From: Candidatus Hermodarchaeota archaeon
GTDB taxonomy: Archaea; Asgardarchaeota; Lokiarchaeia; Sigyniarchaeales; SOKP01
NCBI GenBank assembly: GCA_048885925.1
Contig: JBHLLG010000001.1
Coordinates: 67,105 to 131,104 of the forward strand
DNA: 64,000 nucleotides
Direction: 5' to 3'
Numbering within the stretch: the first letter of the stretch is position 1; the number at the start of each line of letters is the position of its first letter. The notes below the pieces were generated by a model. The model had not been told where the DNA came from. It saw nothing but the letters and a program-made list of their open reading frames with translations, and made no database searches. Shown in pieces: positions 31,016 through 40,254 of the stretch. A program made the position numbers and the translations under genes.

Positions 31016-31993
31016 TCACTTATTCTTTTTTATTTCAAAATTCACATCTTCGAATTTATTATGAATTGTACGATAAATTTTAAACTTACCATCATCTACA
31101 GCATGTTTGACAATTTCATTAATCTCGTTTTCATTAATGAAACTTTCTGAAATTAGTTTTTCAATTTTTGAGTAAATAAGTTCCTTGATCTTGTATGTAA
31201 ATCTACTTTTTTTTTTCTCATTAATCGCATCTGATAATTCAATATGTTCCTTATGATCCCATATATTTTGGATAAGTTCATCAACACCCTCTCCAGAAAT
31301 GGCATCAGTCATAGAAACAGGTGGTCGCCATCCACTTTGGAAGATAGTATCATCAAGCATCATTTCAACTTGCACCGCAATATCTTCTCCACCCAGATCT
31401 TTCTTATTGATAATATAAATATCTCCGATTTCAATTAATCCAGCTTTTTGCATCTGTATAGCATCACCATAACCAGGTACTAATACAACAACAACAGTAT
31501 AAGCAAGATTATAAATATCGAATTCAGATTGTCCAACACCAACCGTCTCAATTATTATAATATCCATTCCATACGCTTCATACAATAAACTAATGTCAAA
31601 AACTGCTCTTGAAATTCCTCCTTTATATCCCCTTGAAGCAAGACTTCGCATAAATACATTGGGATGTAATGAGATGTTTGTCATGCGAACTCTATCGCCA
31701 AGAAAGGCACCACCACTAAAAGGTGATGTTGGATCAATACATATAATACCTAAACTTTTTCCATCATCTAACAACTTTTTACAAATTGCTCCAGTTAGAG
31801 TACTTTTTCCAACTCCAGGAGAACCCGTAATTCCAATAATATAGGAATCGTGTTTTATATCTTCAAAATGCTTAAAAATCTCATGAGCTTTTTCTGGTTC
31901 ATTTTCTATTATTGTAATTAATTTAGCTAAGGCAATTTTATCCTTCTTTTTAAAATTGGTAATTAGTGTATTTATGTCATATCCAGTTTTCAA
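31016..31993 (-). CDS. meaB: MeaB/ArgK G-protein chaperone of B12 mutase
   Basis: GITGSPGVGKST, DPTSPFSGGAFLGDRVRM, ETVGVGQSE, NKKD. Confidence 0.95.
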   Translation of the reverse strand: MKTGYDINTLITNFKKKDKIALAKLITIIENEPEKAHEIFKHFEDIKHDSYIIGITGSPGVGKSTLTGAICKKLLDDGKSLGIICIDPTSPFSGGAFLGDRVRMTNISLHPNVFMRSLASRGYKGGISRAVFDISLLYEAYGMDIIIIETVGVGQSEFDIYNLAYTVVVVLVPGYGDAIQMQKAGLIEIGDIYIINKKDLGGEDIAVQVEMMLDDTIFQSGWRPPVSMTDAISGEGVDELIQNIWDHKEHIELSDAINEKKKSRFTYKIKELIYSKIEKLISESFINENEINEIVKHAVDDGKFKIYRTIHNKFEDVNFEIKKNK

Positions 31994-32065
31994 ATAAAAG
32001 CATCCTCTAAGAAAAAATAAGTAATAAATTTAATAATTTGAGAAAAAAAATTTAACAAGGCTTTT

Positions 32066-32464
32066 TTATTTTTTGACATGGGATTTAATAAATTCGACAA
32101 TATCAGATGTCATTGATCCAGGACCATATATGTTTGCAACACCCATCTCTTTTAATTTAGAGAAATCTTTAGCTGGAATAACGCCACCAAGAAGTATTAT
32201 AATATTATCCAGAACTCCGCGTTCTTTTAATAAATCAATAACTTGCTGGGTATAAGCAAAATGAGCTCCTGAATGGATACTTAATCCAATTACGTCAACA
32301 TCCTCTTGAATTGCGGATTCAACGATTTGTTCAACATTTTGAAATCCTCCAAATATAAGTTCCATTCCAGCATCCCTAATAGCTCTTGATACAACGATTC
32401 CACCGCGCCAGTGTCCATCAATACCCGGTTTAGACATTAACACCCTTATCTTCTTTTCACTCAT
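32066..32464 (-). CDS. Acyl-CoA mutase small subunit (cobalamin-binding domain)
   Basis: KPGIDGHWRG (DxHxxG), AIQEDVDVIGLS.HSGAH, GGVIP; ATG 32464 after GAGGTG. Confidence 0.93.
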   Translation of the reverse strand: MSEKKIRVLMSKPGIDGHWRGGIVVSRAIRDAGMELIFGGFQNVEQIVESAIQEDVDVIGLSIHSGAHFAYTQQVIDLLKERGVLDNIIILLGGVIPAKDFSKLKEMGVANIYGPGSMTSDIVEFIKSHVKK

Positions 32465-32481
32465 ACGTCCCACCTCATTAA

Positions 32482-34158
32482 TTAGATTGCTAATGGAGGA
32501 TCCCAAGTTCCCCATATTTCTCTATAGATATTACATACTTCTCCGATTGTAGCACCTTCCTTTGTTGCTTCCATCACTACAGGCATAACATTTTCTTCTT
32601 TCTCGCAAACATTTCTTAGCTTATCCAAAATCCTTTCTAATTTCGCATTGTCTCTTCGGGCTTTTAATTTTTCAATTCGACGGACTTCAATATCTATTGC
32701 TTCTTTATTAGTTCTAAAAACATCAGTAACAGTATCATAAGGGACCGAATATTTATTTACTCCAAGCATTATTTCATCTCCGGATTCAATACGCATTCTT
32801 CTCTTATGGAAAGCATCCCTCATTTCTTTATATAAGAAACCTGTAGAGAGTGCTTTATCAATAGTACCAACTTTTTGGATTTTATCGATATATTTCCATA
32901 CTCTATCTTCAACTTCATCTGTTAACCATTCAATAAAGTATGAGCCTGCGAGAGGATCTATTGTATTATGAATTCTGGTTTCATCTGAAATTACTTGTTG
33001 AGTTCTTAGAGCAACTAAAGCTGCCTCTTCAGAAGGTAAACAAATAGCTTCATCATACGAATTTGTATGTAGAGATTGGCATCCACCTAAGTTTGCTTCT
33101 AAGGCTTGAATTGCTGTTCTTACTATATTTATTTTAGGTGATTGTGCTGTTAAAGAAGATCCTGCAGTTTGTACATGGAATCGAAAACCTAAATTTCTTG
33201 GATCCTTAACTTCATATTTATCCTTCATTAATTTGTACCAAATTCTTCTAGCTGCTCTGAATTTTGCTATTTCTTCGAAAAAATCTTTATGTGCTGCTAA
33301 ATGAAAGGCTAAACGCCCTACAAAATCATCAGCTTTCCATCCTCTAGCGATTAAATTCTCAATGTGAGAACATGCACTTGCAAATACAAAAGCTAATTCC
33401 TGAACAGCATCTATTCCACCTTCTCTATAATTATATCCTGTAAAATTTATTGGATGCCATTTCGGAACATTATTCTGCGCTACTGTCCATTCAATGAAAT
33501 CACACGCTAAACGAAGTATATGGTTAGGAGGGCTATTCTTGTAGGGAATATAACCTACTGTCATTGTTAAAATATCGTTTTGAGTTGTTCCCATCAGTTG
33601 TTTGATATCATATCCTCTCATTTGAGCCATATTAAAATACATTGAACATACCGGAGCGGATGTAAAAGGTTCTACAACTAACGCTACACTAATTTTATCT
33701 ATAGGGATATCTTCAGTTAAAGCAAAAAGGCTGTCAATACAATAAAGTGGCACTCCAGATGTTCCTACCTCTGGAGCTCCATCCTTTTCAGTTGGGTCAA
33801 TACCATTAAATGTTAGAGCATCAACAGCAGCACTAAATCCTGTTTCCCCATTTTCAAAAAGAAACTTCCATCTTTTATTAGTTTCTTCTGGAGTACCATG
33901 ACCTGAAAACAACCTCATAGTCCATAATTGTCCCCTGTACATAGAGGGATAAACGCCTCGAGTATATGGTGCTACTCCAGGAAAGCTGATATCATTTAAA
34001 TAATCTTTTTCTTTTATATCTAAAGGAGTGTATAGTGGTTTAATTGGAATTTCAGAATCTGTAACAAATTTTACATTACGTTGTTTCATTCTTTCACTTA
34101 ATTTGTCCCATTTCTCTTTTTGTTCTTTGATCTTTTCCAAATAATTTTTATCAAACAA
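32482..34158 (-). CDS. B12-dependent acyl-CoA mutase large subunit (methylmalonyl/isobutyryl-CoA mutase family)
   Basis: PYTRGVYPSMY, GTTQND, FFEEIAKFRAARR, HVQTAG, QSLHTNSYDEA, DPLAGS. Confidence 0.93.
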   Translation of the reverse strand: MFDKNYLEKIKEQKEKWDKLSERMKQRNVKFVTDSEIPIKPLYTPLDIKEKDYLNDISFPGVAPYTRGVYPSMYRGQLWTMRLFSGHGTPEETNKRWKFLFENGETGFSAAVDALTFNGIDPTEKDGAPEVGTSGVPLYCIDSLFALTEDIPIDKISVALVVEPFTSAPVCSMYFNMAQMRGYDIKQLMGTTQNDILTMTVGYIPYKNSPPNHILRLACDFIEWTVAQNNVPKWHPINFTGYNYREGGIDAVQELAFVFASACSHIENLIARGWKADDFVGRLAFHLAAHKDFFEEIAKFRAARRIWYKLMKDKYEVKDPRNLGFRFHVQTAGSSLTAQSPKINIVRTAIQALEANLGGCQSLHTNSYDEAICLPSEEAALVALRTQQVISDETRIHNTIDPLAGSYFIEWLTDEVEDRVWKYIDKIQKVGTIDKALSTGFLYKEMRDAFHKRRMRIESGDEIMLGVNKYSVPYDTVTDVFRTNKEAIDIEVRRIEKLKARRDNAKLERILDKLRNVCEKEENVMPVVMEATKEGATIGEVCNIYREIWGTWDPPLAI

Positions 34159-34292
34159 TCTTAAATCACTCTAAATAGCTAAATATCTTTAAGTAATTAA
34201 ATAAAATATAATTATAATAATTAACTAAACCATTTAATCTTTTAAAATAGAATCATTAAAATAAAAATACATCATTATAGGTCAAGATTAAA

Positions 34293-35102
34293 ATGATTTT
34301 TCAAAACATTATTGATATTATTTTAGGATGGATATATGATAATGTATTCAATATATTAGCTGTTGCTCTAGCAGTAATAATTGGATGGTTAGTTTATATA
34401 ATTTTTAGAAAGCAAATTAAAAGACTACAAAAGCAGGAAAAATTAGAAGAACAGACGGCAAGAAATTTACAGCGAATTGTAAAAATCATAATAGTACTAA
34501 TAATTATTAGTATGATTTTAGTCCAATTTGTTGAAGCAATTGGTTTAATCACATCATTATTTACACTTGTTGGAGGTACGATTATAGGTTTCGCAGCGAT
34601 TAACACATTTGGAAATGCAATTGCTGGCATTATAATAATGACAAGTAGACCTTTTGTCGCTGGAGATTATCTCTTCTATAAAGAAAGAATGGCAGAAGTT
34701 CATGAAATAAAATTAATTTATACAATATTAATAGATTTTGATGGGATAAGGATCTCTGTTCCTAATCAGAAGTTGCTATCAGAAGAAGTAGAAGAACTAA
34801 GCAAAAAAGCAATAATTAGAAGAAGGATTAAAATTACAGCAGATTACAATGAGGATAATAAAAAAGTAGAAAATGCTTTATTAGAATCAACCAAATCAAT
34901 TCCTGGAATTTTAAATGATCCAAAACCATTTGTAGCAATAACGGATTTTCAAAGTTTTGCTGTTGAATACACTCTTTTTGTGTTTATTAAGGAGATAAAA
35001 TCAATGTTAAGGATAATGGCTGAATTACGGTCATCTATACTTGCCACGGTACATAAATATAACATTGATATAAGTACCCCCAGTTTGGTTAAAAGGATTT
35101 AG
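34293..35102 (+). CDS. mscS: Small-conductance mechanosensitive channel
   Basis: N-terminal TMs, IGFAA..GNAIAGI..RPF..GD, SVPN. Confidence 0.88.
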   Translation: MIFQNIIDIILGWIYDNVFNILAVALAVIIGWLVYIIFRKQIKRLQKQEKLEEQTARNLQRIVKIIIVLIIISMILVQFVEAIGLITSLFTLVGGTIIGFAAINTFGNAIAGIIIMTSRPFVAGDYLFYKERMAEVHEIKLIYTILIDFDGIRISVPNQKLLSEEVEELSKKAIIRRRIKITADYNEDNKKVENALLESTKSIPGILNDPKPFVAITDFQSFAVEYTLFVFIKEIKSMLRIMAELRSSILATVHKYNIDISTPSLVKRI

Positions 35103-35211
35103 TCTTGAAAATAATAAAAATTTATCATTTTTTTTGATTTATGGTTATTTAAGAATGATAGTAATAATAGATGTTATAGATCTATAAAAAAAGTTTATTT
35201 GAGGTGAATAA

Positions 35212-36297
35212 ATAATTAGATCTCTTTCAAGTAAAATTGTAAGAACTAAAAAGAAATTAAAAAAAATAGGTGAACCTCCAGGAACATTAGTATATACTGG
35301 AGAAAAGCCTATAGTAAAGACTAAAATAAAGATAATTGATTATAACAAAGATTCCTATACTATTCGTGAAGATATAAAGATTGATGAGAAATTAGTAGAG
35401 ATAAAAAAAGGAATACTTAGATGGATTGATATTACAGGATTAGCAGATGTAAAGATAATTGAGGAAATAGGAAACCAATTTAATATACATCCTTTGATTT
35501 TGGAAGATATTTTAAATACTAATCAACGTCCAAAATTCGAAGATTATGAAAATTATATATTTCTCGTTTTAAAACTACTTTTATGGAATGAATCTCATGA
35601 AATTTTTGAAAGTGAACAAATTAGTATACTTTTTGGATCAAATTATGTGATATCATTTTTAGAACAGGAAAGTGATATTTTTAATCCAATATTTGAAAGA
35701 ATAAAAGGTTCTAAAGGGAGAATAAGAATAATGGGAGCAGATTATTTGGCATATTCTTTAATGGATGTAATCGTTGATCATTACTTTCTAATTCTAGAAA
35801 CTATTGGAGATATAATTGAAGCTTTAGAGGAAGATTTGGTAAAAAATCCTGAACCTGCAGTTCTTCAATCAATATATCGTTTAAAGCGGAATAGTATTGA
35901 ACTAAGAAAATCAATTTGGCCATTAAGACAAGTAATTAATAGTTTACAGCGAGAACAATCCGATCTTATAAGCGATGGGTTACAAATTTATTTAAGAGAT
36001 ATATATGATCATATTTTTCGTATAAGTGAATTATTAGATAACTATCGTGATATTATTTTTGGGATGATAGACATATATCTATCAAGTATTAGTAATAGAA
36101 TGAACGATATTATGAAAGTACTCACCATTATCTCAACTACATTTATCCCTATTTCCTTTCTAGCAGGATTTTACGGGATGAATTTCATTTACATGCCAGA
36201 GCTTTCAAATCCAGTAGCTTATCCTATACTAATCTTTGTAATGATATCAATATTTAGTATAATGTTATTGTTCTTTAGGAGAAAAAAATGGATTTAA
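35212..36297 (+). CDS. corA: Magnesium/cobalt transporter CorA
   Basis: GEPPGTLVYTG, HPLILEDILNTNQRPK, GFYGMNF..MPEL. The frame is open from ATA 35212, well upstream of ORF-track start 35494. Confidence 0.93.
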   Translation: MIRSLSSKIVRTKKKLKKIGEPPGTLVYTGEKPIVKTKIKIIDYNKDSYTIREDIKIDEKLVEIKKGILRWIDITGLADVKIIEEIGNQFNIHPLILEDILNTNQRPKFEDYENYIFLVLKLLLWNESHEIFESEQISILFGSNYVISFLEQESDIFNPIFERIKGSKGRIRIMGADYLAYSLMDVIVDHYFLILETIGDIIEALEEDLVKNPEPAVLQSIYRLKRNSIELRKSIWPLRQVINSLQREQSDLISDGLQIYLRDIYDHIFRISELLDNYRDIIFGMIDIYLSSISNRMNDIMKVLTIISTTFIPISFLAGFYGMNFIYMPELSNPVAYPILIFVMISIFSIMLLFFRRKKWI

Positions 36298-36298
36298 A

Positions 36299-36967
36299 TT
36301 AACCACTCACTATAACTCCAGGATGCCTAATCTTTTCTCTATCTGAAAATTTAAAGGAAAGATCCCTCTTTAAATCAGCAAGTTTATTTTCTTTTCTTTT
36401 TATATCTTTTTCCTTCTCAAGTACATCATTTTTTTGTTTTAATAATTCATCTTTTTGGTTTTTTGATTTGTTTTTTACTTTCAAAATTTTATCTTCAGAT
36501 GCTTTTGCGCGTATTACTTTTATATAAATATATTGCATATTAGCTAATTTCTCTCGAGCTTTTGCTACATCCATTTTTTCTTTAACTAGTTTTAATTTTT
36601 GTTCAGCAATTTGTTTCTCAACTGAGGCAATTTTTTTGTTAATTTCGGCAATTTCCTTTTGATTTTTTGCCAGTTTCTCATTATAAATGGCATATTCATT
36701 TTCAATCCTTAATTCTTCGTCTGAAAAATCTAAAATATGACTCTCTTTTATTTCTTTTTTTTCTTTTGCTAATACATTCCTTTTTTCGGCTAAATCCTTT
36801 TTTATATCTGCTAATTCGTATTCAATTTTAAGTAAATTCTCTCTGGCTTTTGCTTTCTTAATCTCCGCTATAGCATTGATTTTTAGCTTTTGGGCAAGTT
36901 CTTTCTCATGTTGAGCTATTTTCTGATTTTTTTGAGCTTCATTCTCAATTAAGCTTAAATTCTCCAT
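36299..36967 (-). CDS. Coiled-coil hypothetical protein
   Basis: K/E/A/L-rich heptad-like pattern over nearly the entire 222 aa. Confidence 0.7.
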   Translation of the reverse strand: MENLSLIENEAQKNQKIAQHEKELAQKLKINAIAEIKKAKARENLLKIEYELADIKKDLAEKRNVLAKEKKEIKESHILDFSDEELRIENEYAIYNEKLAKNQKEIAEINKKIASVEKQIAEQKLKLVKEKMDVAKAREKLANMQYIYIKVIRAKASEDKILKVKNKSKNQKDELLKQKNDVLEKEKDIKRKENKLADLKRDLSFKFSDREKIRHPGVIVSG

Positions 36968-37226
36968 ATCGTTTTACCTTTATAATTATTAATTAAAAAT
37001 AGGTTTTAGGAACGATTAATAGCTAGAACAATTAATATTTATATTTTTCTGGCTAGTAATTTCTAATTCTAGTTGAAAATAACTTTTTAGTTTAAATTTA
37101 AGTAAAAAATTACTATTTAATAATAATCACTAAGTGTTTGTTATTTCTTTGTTTAAGCTAAAATTTTAAATATTTAAAGTAATAATTGTGACAAAAAATA
37201 AATGTTGAAAATAGGAGAACTAAAAA

Positions 37227-37388
37227 ATGAAAAAGGATAATGATGATGAAAATGATGATGAAAATGATGGTGATTACGAAGAATATGATTCTGAAGATGA
37301 GGATGACTGGGAAGAGGATGATTGGGATGAGGAAGATGATGAAGACTACGAAGAGGATATAACTGATTATGATGAGATTTATAGTTAA
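37227..37388 (+). CDS. 53-aa extremely acidic small protein
   Basis: AGGAG SD at 37213-37217, ATG 37227, MKKDNDDENDDENDGDYEEYDSEDEDDWEEDDWDEEDDEDYEEDITDYDEIYS*. Confidence 0.65.
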   Translation: MKKDNDDENDDENDGDYEEYDSEDEDDWEEDDWDEEDDEDYEEDITDYDEIYS

Positions 37389-37505
37389 TTCTGAAATTTC
37401 TAAAAAAGACTATTAATAAAAGTAGTTAAAAATATTTTTGATTTTTACATTTCTTTTTTTAATTAATTCACGTTTTATGAAAAAAGAAGATCATTTAATC
37501 TAAAA

Positions 37506-39182
37506 TTAGAATAAGTGGTAGAACGCACCAAGTCCTATCACATTTGAAATTACTGCCGAAAAAAATAATTGGATAACATCAAAAGAACTTAACAATACTG
37601 CGCTAAAGGTCCTAGTATGTTCATAAATAATAGTATTACCAATAGTTACAATTAAAAAAATAATGAATGTAAACAAGACAGATGGTAAATATGTGTAATT
37701 TCTAGCTAATACCATTAATATAGCATAGATTATAAAAGCAGAAACAATTATGATTTTTGCTTTATTTTTTTCGGATTTAATAAAATTTAACCTTGGATAA
37801 AGTATTTTTCTAAATAGAATCTCAATGGAAAAATAAATTGGAAAAATAGCTATACTTATAATGATATTTAAGAGACTAGAAGGCCACATAAATGCAAAGG
37901 GATAGTAGAATGAAAAAAGCAAATATACAATAATAAAATACCAAGCACAGATGGTTGTATAAACAAGAATACTAACATTAAATTCTTGCTTTAAAACTCT
38001 TTTTAACTTTTCTTTATTAAATCGAATCCTACGCTCCTTAAAATGTAAGCCATATGCGATAAATTTGATGGTTAAATAGCTACCACTAAATACTAAGGAG
38101 GCATAAAATATTCCTATTAATCCAAATTCATTACTAAAATAAAACCAATTTAACATAAAAAAAGATGAATAAAATAGAATTTTAAGAATATCAATAACTT
38201 CAAGAATTTTTTTTTTTCTAGAAGATTGATTTTTTTGATCTACAGTATTCTTATTATCATTAGAGTGAGTTTTTAGTCGAAAGAATTTAGCAGAATAAGA
38301 CACTAAAAGAAAAATTATTGAAATGAGTAAACCTAAATTCAAGAATATTAAAACATAATTCCAAATATATGTAATAGTTATTGATCCATTAATCGAATCA
38401 GAACCGAAAAAATTTAACTCAAACCATTTTATTGAATCTATAAGAACCTTATTACTAAACAATTGATGTCCTCCACCAATTAATGGTTTTGTTACATTAA
38501 TTAATGTACAATTAGTCAATTCTTTAGCTTTTAATGCATTATCATCATAATCAAGAACCTCATCCTTCACGTGCATTATTATTAATAGGTTTTCACTGTT
38601 AGTACTATTCAATAAATTTACAGGAATATAGTGCTCATAGTTTTGCCATTTAAGACCGAAACGAGGTGGAGTGAAATTTACAAGTGGCGCCCATGCGACA
38701 GTAACTTTAAAATCGGGATTTAAAGCTTGATTCATAAGTACAACCATACCTCCAAGTGAATGACCAATGAGTCCTATTTGAGATTCATTTACATTCGAGA
38801 AAAATGACAAAGTTTTTAACTTTTCAAGTAATTTTGTGCAATCTTGAGCAAGAGCAGGTGTATTGGTTGATTCATCAATATTATTAATTGTACCAGTACT
38901 CTCGCCATGTCCCTGATAATCTAAGGCAGCTACATAAAATCCGCGCTTAGTAAATTCAATAGGTATTCTGAGATCGAAATCTCGCTTACTTCCAATCCCA
39001 TGACAATAAATAATTAATGGCTTTTTTTCTTGAAAAGATAATGTTTTGGTTGGGTAATACAAATTAGCAAAAAGTGTTGCACCAGCTGAGCTAAACTGAA
39101 CTCTCTTATATCTTTGATAACTTAAATTTCTATTAAATTCTAAACCGATTAGGGTAAAAACTAAAAGTATAACTAAAAGCAC
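37506..39182 (-). CDS. Membrane-bound alpha/beta hydrolase with multi-TM C-terminal domain
   Basis: HGIG, DYQGHG, GHSLGG, several C-terminal TM helices; frame stays open upstream to about 39305. Confidence 0.85.
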   Translation of the reverse strand: MLLVILLVFTLIGLEFNRNLSYQRYKRVQFSSAGATLFANLYYPTKTLSFQEKKPLIIYCHGIGSKRDFDLRIPIEFTKRGFYVAALDYQGHGESTGTINNIDESTNTPALAQDCTKLLEKLKTLSFFSNVNESQIGLIGHSLGGMVVLMNQALNPDFKVTVAWAPLVNFTPPRFGLKWQNYEHYIPVNLLNSTNSENLLIIMHVKDEVLDYDDNALKAKELTNCTLINVTKPLIGGGHQLFSNKVLIDSIKWFELNFFGSDSINGSITITYIWNYVLIFLNLGLLISIIFLLVSYSAKFFRLKTHSNDNKNTVDQKNQSSRKKKILEVIDILKILFYSSFFMLNWFYFSNEFGLIGIFYASLVFSGSYLTIKFIAYGLHFKERRIRFNKEKLKRVLKQEFNVSILVYTTICAWYFIIVYLLFSFYYPFAFMWPSSLLNIIISIAIFPIYFSIEILFRKILYPRLNFIKSEKNKAKIIIVSAFIIYAILMVLARNYTYLPSVLFTFIIFLIVTIGNTIIYEHTRTFSAVLLSSFDVIQLFFSAVISNVIGLGAFYHLF

Positions 39183-39355
39183 AATTTTCTCGAGATTTTT
39201 AAGATCTTCAGTTTTAATATCTTCTTTAAAAAATGAATTAAGCTTTTGAAATACTTTTTTTTTTATTGATAATAATATTTCTTTTAATCTTTTTGATTGA
39301 ATAATAAATCACTAAAAGTTTCAAAATTTATTAGATTTTTTTAGCATAATAGGTT

Positions 39356-40165
39356 TCATTCTTTTGAAATATAGTATCTAAATTTATCGTCATCAATTTG
39401 CCATGTATCAAAAAAATCAAATTGCTTTTTAGTATTCCACAACTTTTCAATATTAATAATGCCATTGTATAGATCTGTTAAAAGTGTCTTATCGCAGGGA
39501 TATTTTCGGTGTGATGGATAAATTTCAATGATTTTTTGCTTCTCATATAATTCTATCAATTTTGAGAGAGTTTTAAGAACTATTGGAATTTTTTTTCTAG
39601 AAGGTAAAAAAGTGTCTCCATAGTAGGCTACATCACCAGTGAAGAGTTCACCTGTACTAGTAAGAAGGCATATAGAGCCAGGAGAATGTCCTGGAGAATG
39701 AATTATATTAATATTTATTTCACCTAAATCAAAAAAATCTCCATCTTTTAACGGTTTTATATTTCGTGCTGGAGTAATTAAAAAGTTCTTTTCTTTATAG
39801 CGATTTACAATCTCACAAGGTGAATCTTTCAAAAACCAAAGATCATAGGGCTTTGAAATAATTTCTATTTCATATTCATGCACATATACTTCTTCAAATT
39901 CATTATTTCCTAAAACATGATCCCAATGTACATGAGAGTTCAATACTAATAATTTTCTATTGCCTATGAGATCATCAATAATTGGTTTCAAAGGGTAAAG
40001 TCCACACCCCGTGTCAAGTAAAAGAGCGGTATGAGCCCCTAAGATTAAATACATATTAAGAGGATCATTTGTATATACTGGATGAACTAAAGAGATATTT
40101 TCTTTTATTGCATATAAATAATCTTTTTCTTTTGAGATTTCAAAATGTGGAATATCTACGCTCAT
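39356..40165 (-). CDS. MBL-fold metallo-hydrolase
   Basis: LLDTG, SHVHWDHVLG, PGHSPGS, FTGD, PSH. Confidence 0.9.
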   Translation of the reverse strand: MSVDIPHFEISKEKDYLYAIKENISLVHPVYTNDPLNMYLILGAHTALLLDTGCGLYPLKPIIDDLIGNRKLLVLNSHVHWDHVLGNNEFEEVYVHEYEIEIISKPYDLWFLKDSPCEIVNRYKEKNFLITPARNIKPLKDGDFFDLGEININIIHSPGHSPGSICLLTSTGELFTGDVAYYGDTFLPSRKKIPIVLKTLSKLIELYEKQKIIEIYPSHRKYPCDKTLLTDLYNGIINIEKLWNTKKQFDFFDTWQIDDDKFRYYISKE

Positions 40166-40254
40166 ACTTCAAATTAAGCATATAATAGATTTAAAGTTAA
40201 GGTACCATTAGAAAAATTTTAAGAAAAAAACTGCTCTATATATTAGATATTAAA

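Noticed and set aside
37237-37270. Short tandem repeat as CRISPR or microsatellite
   Set aside because: It is the in-frame coding repeat (NDDE) of the acidic microprotein; no spacers and no cas genes
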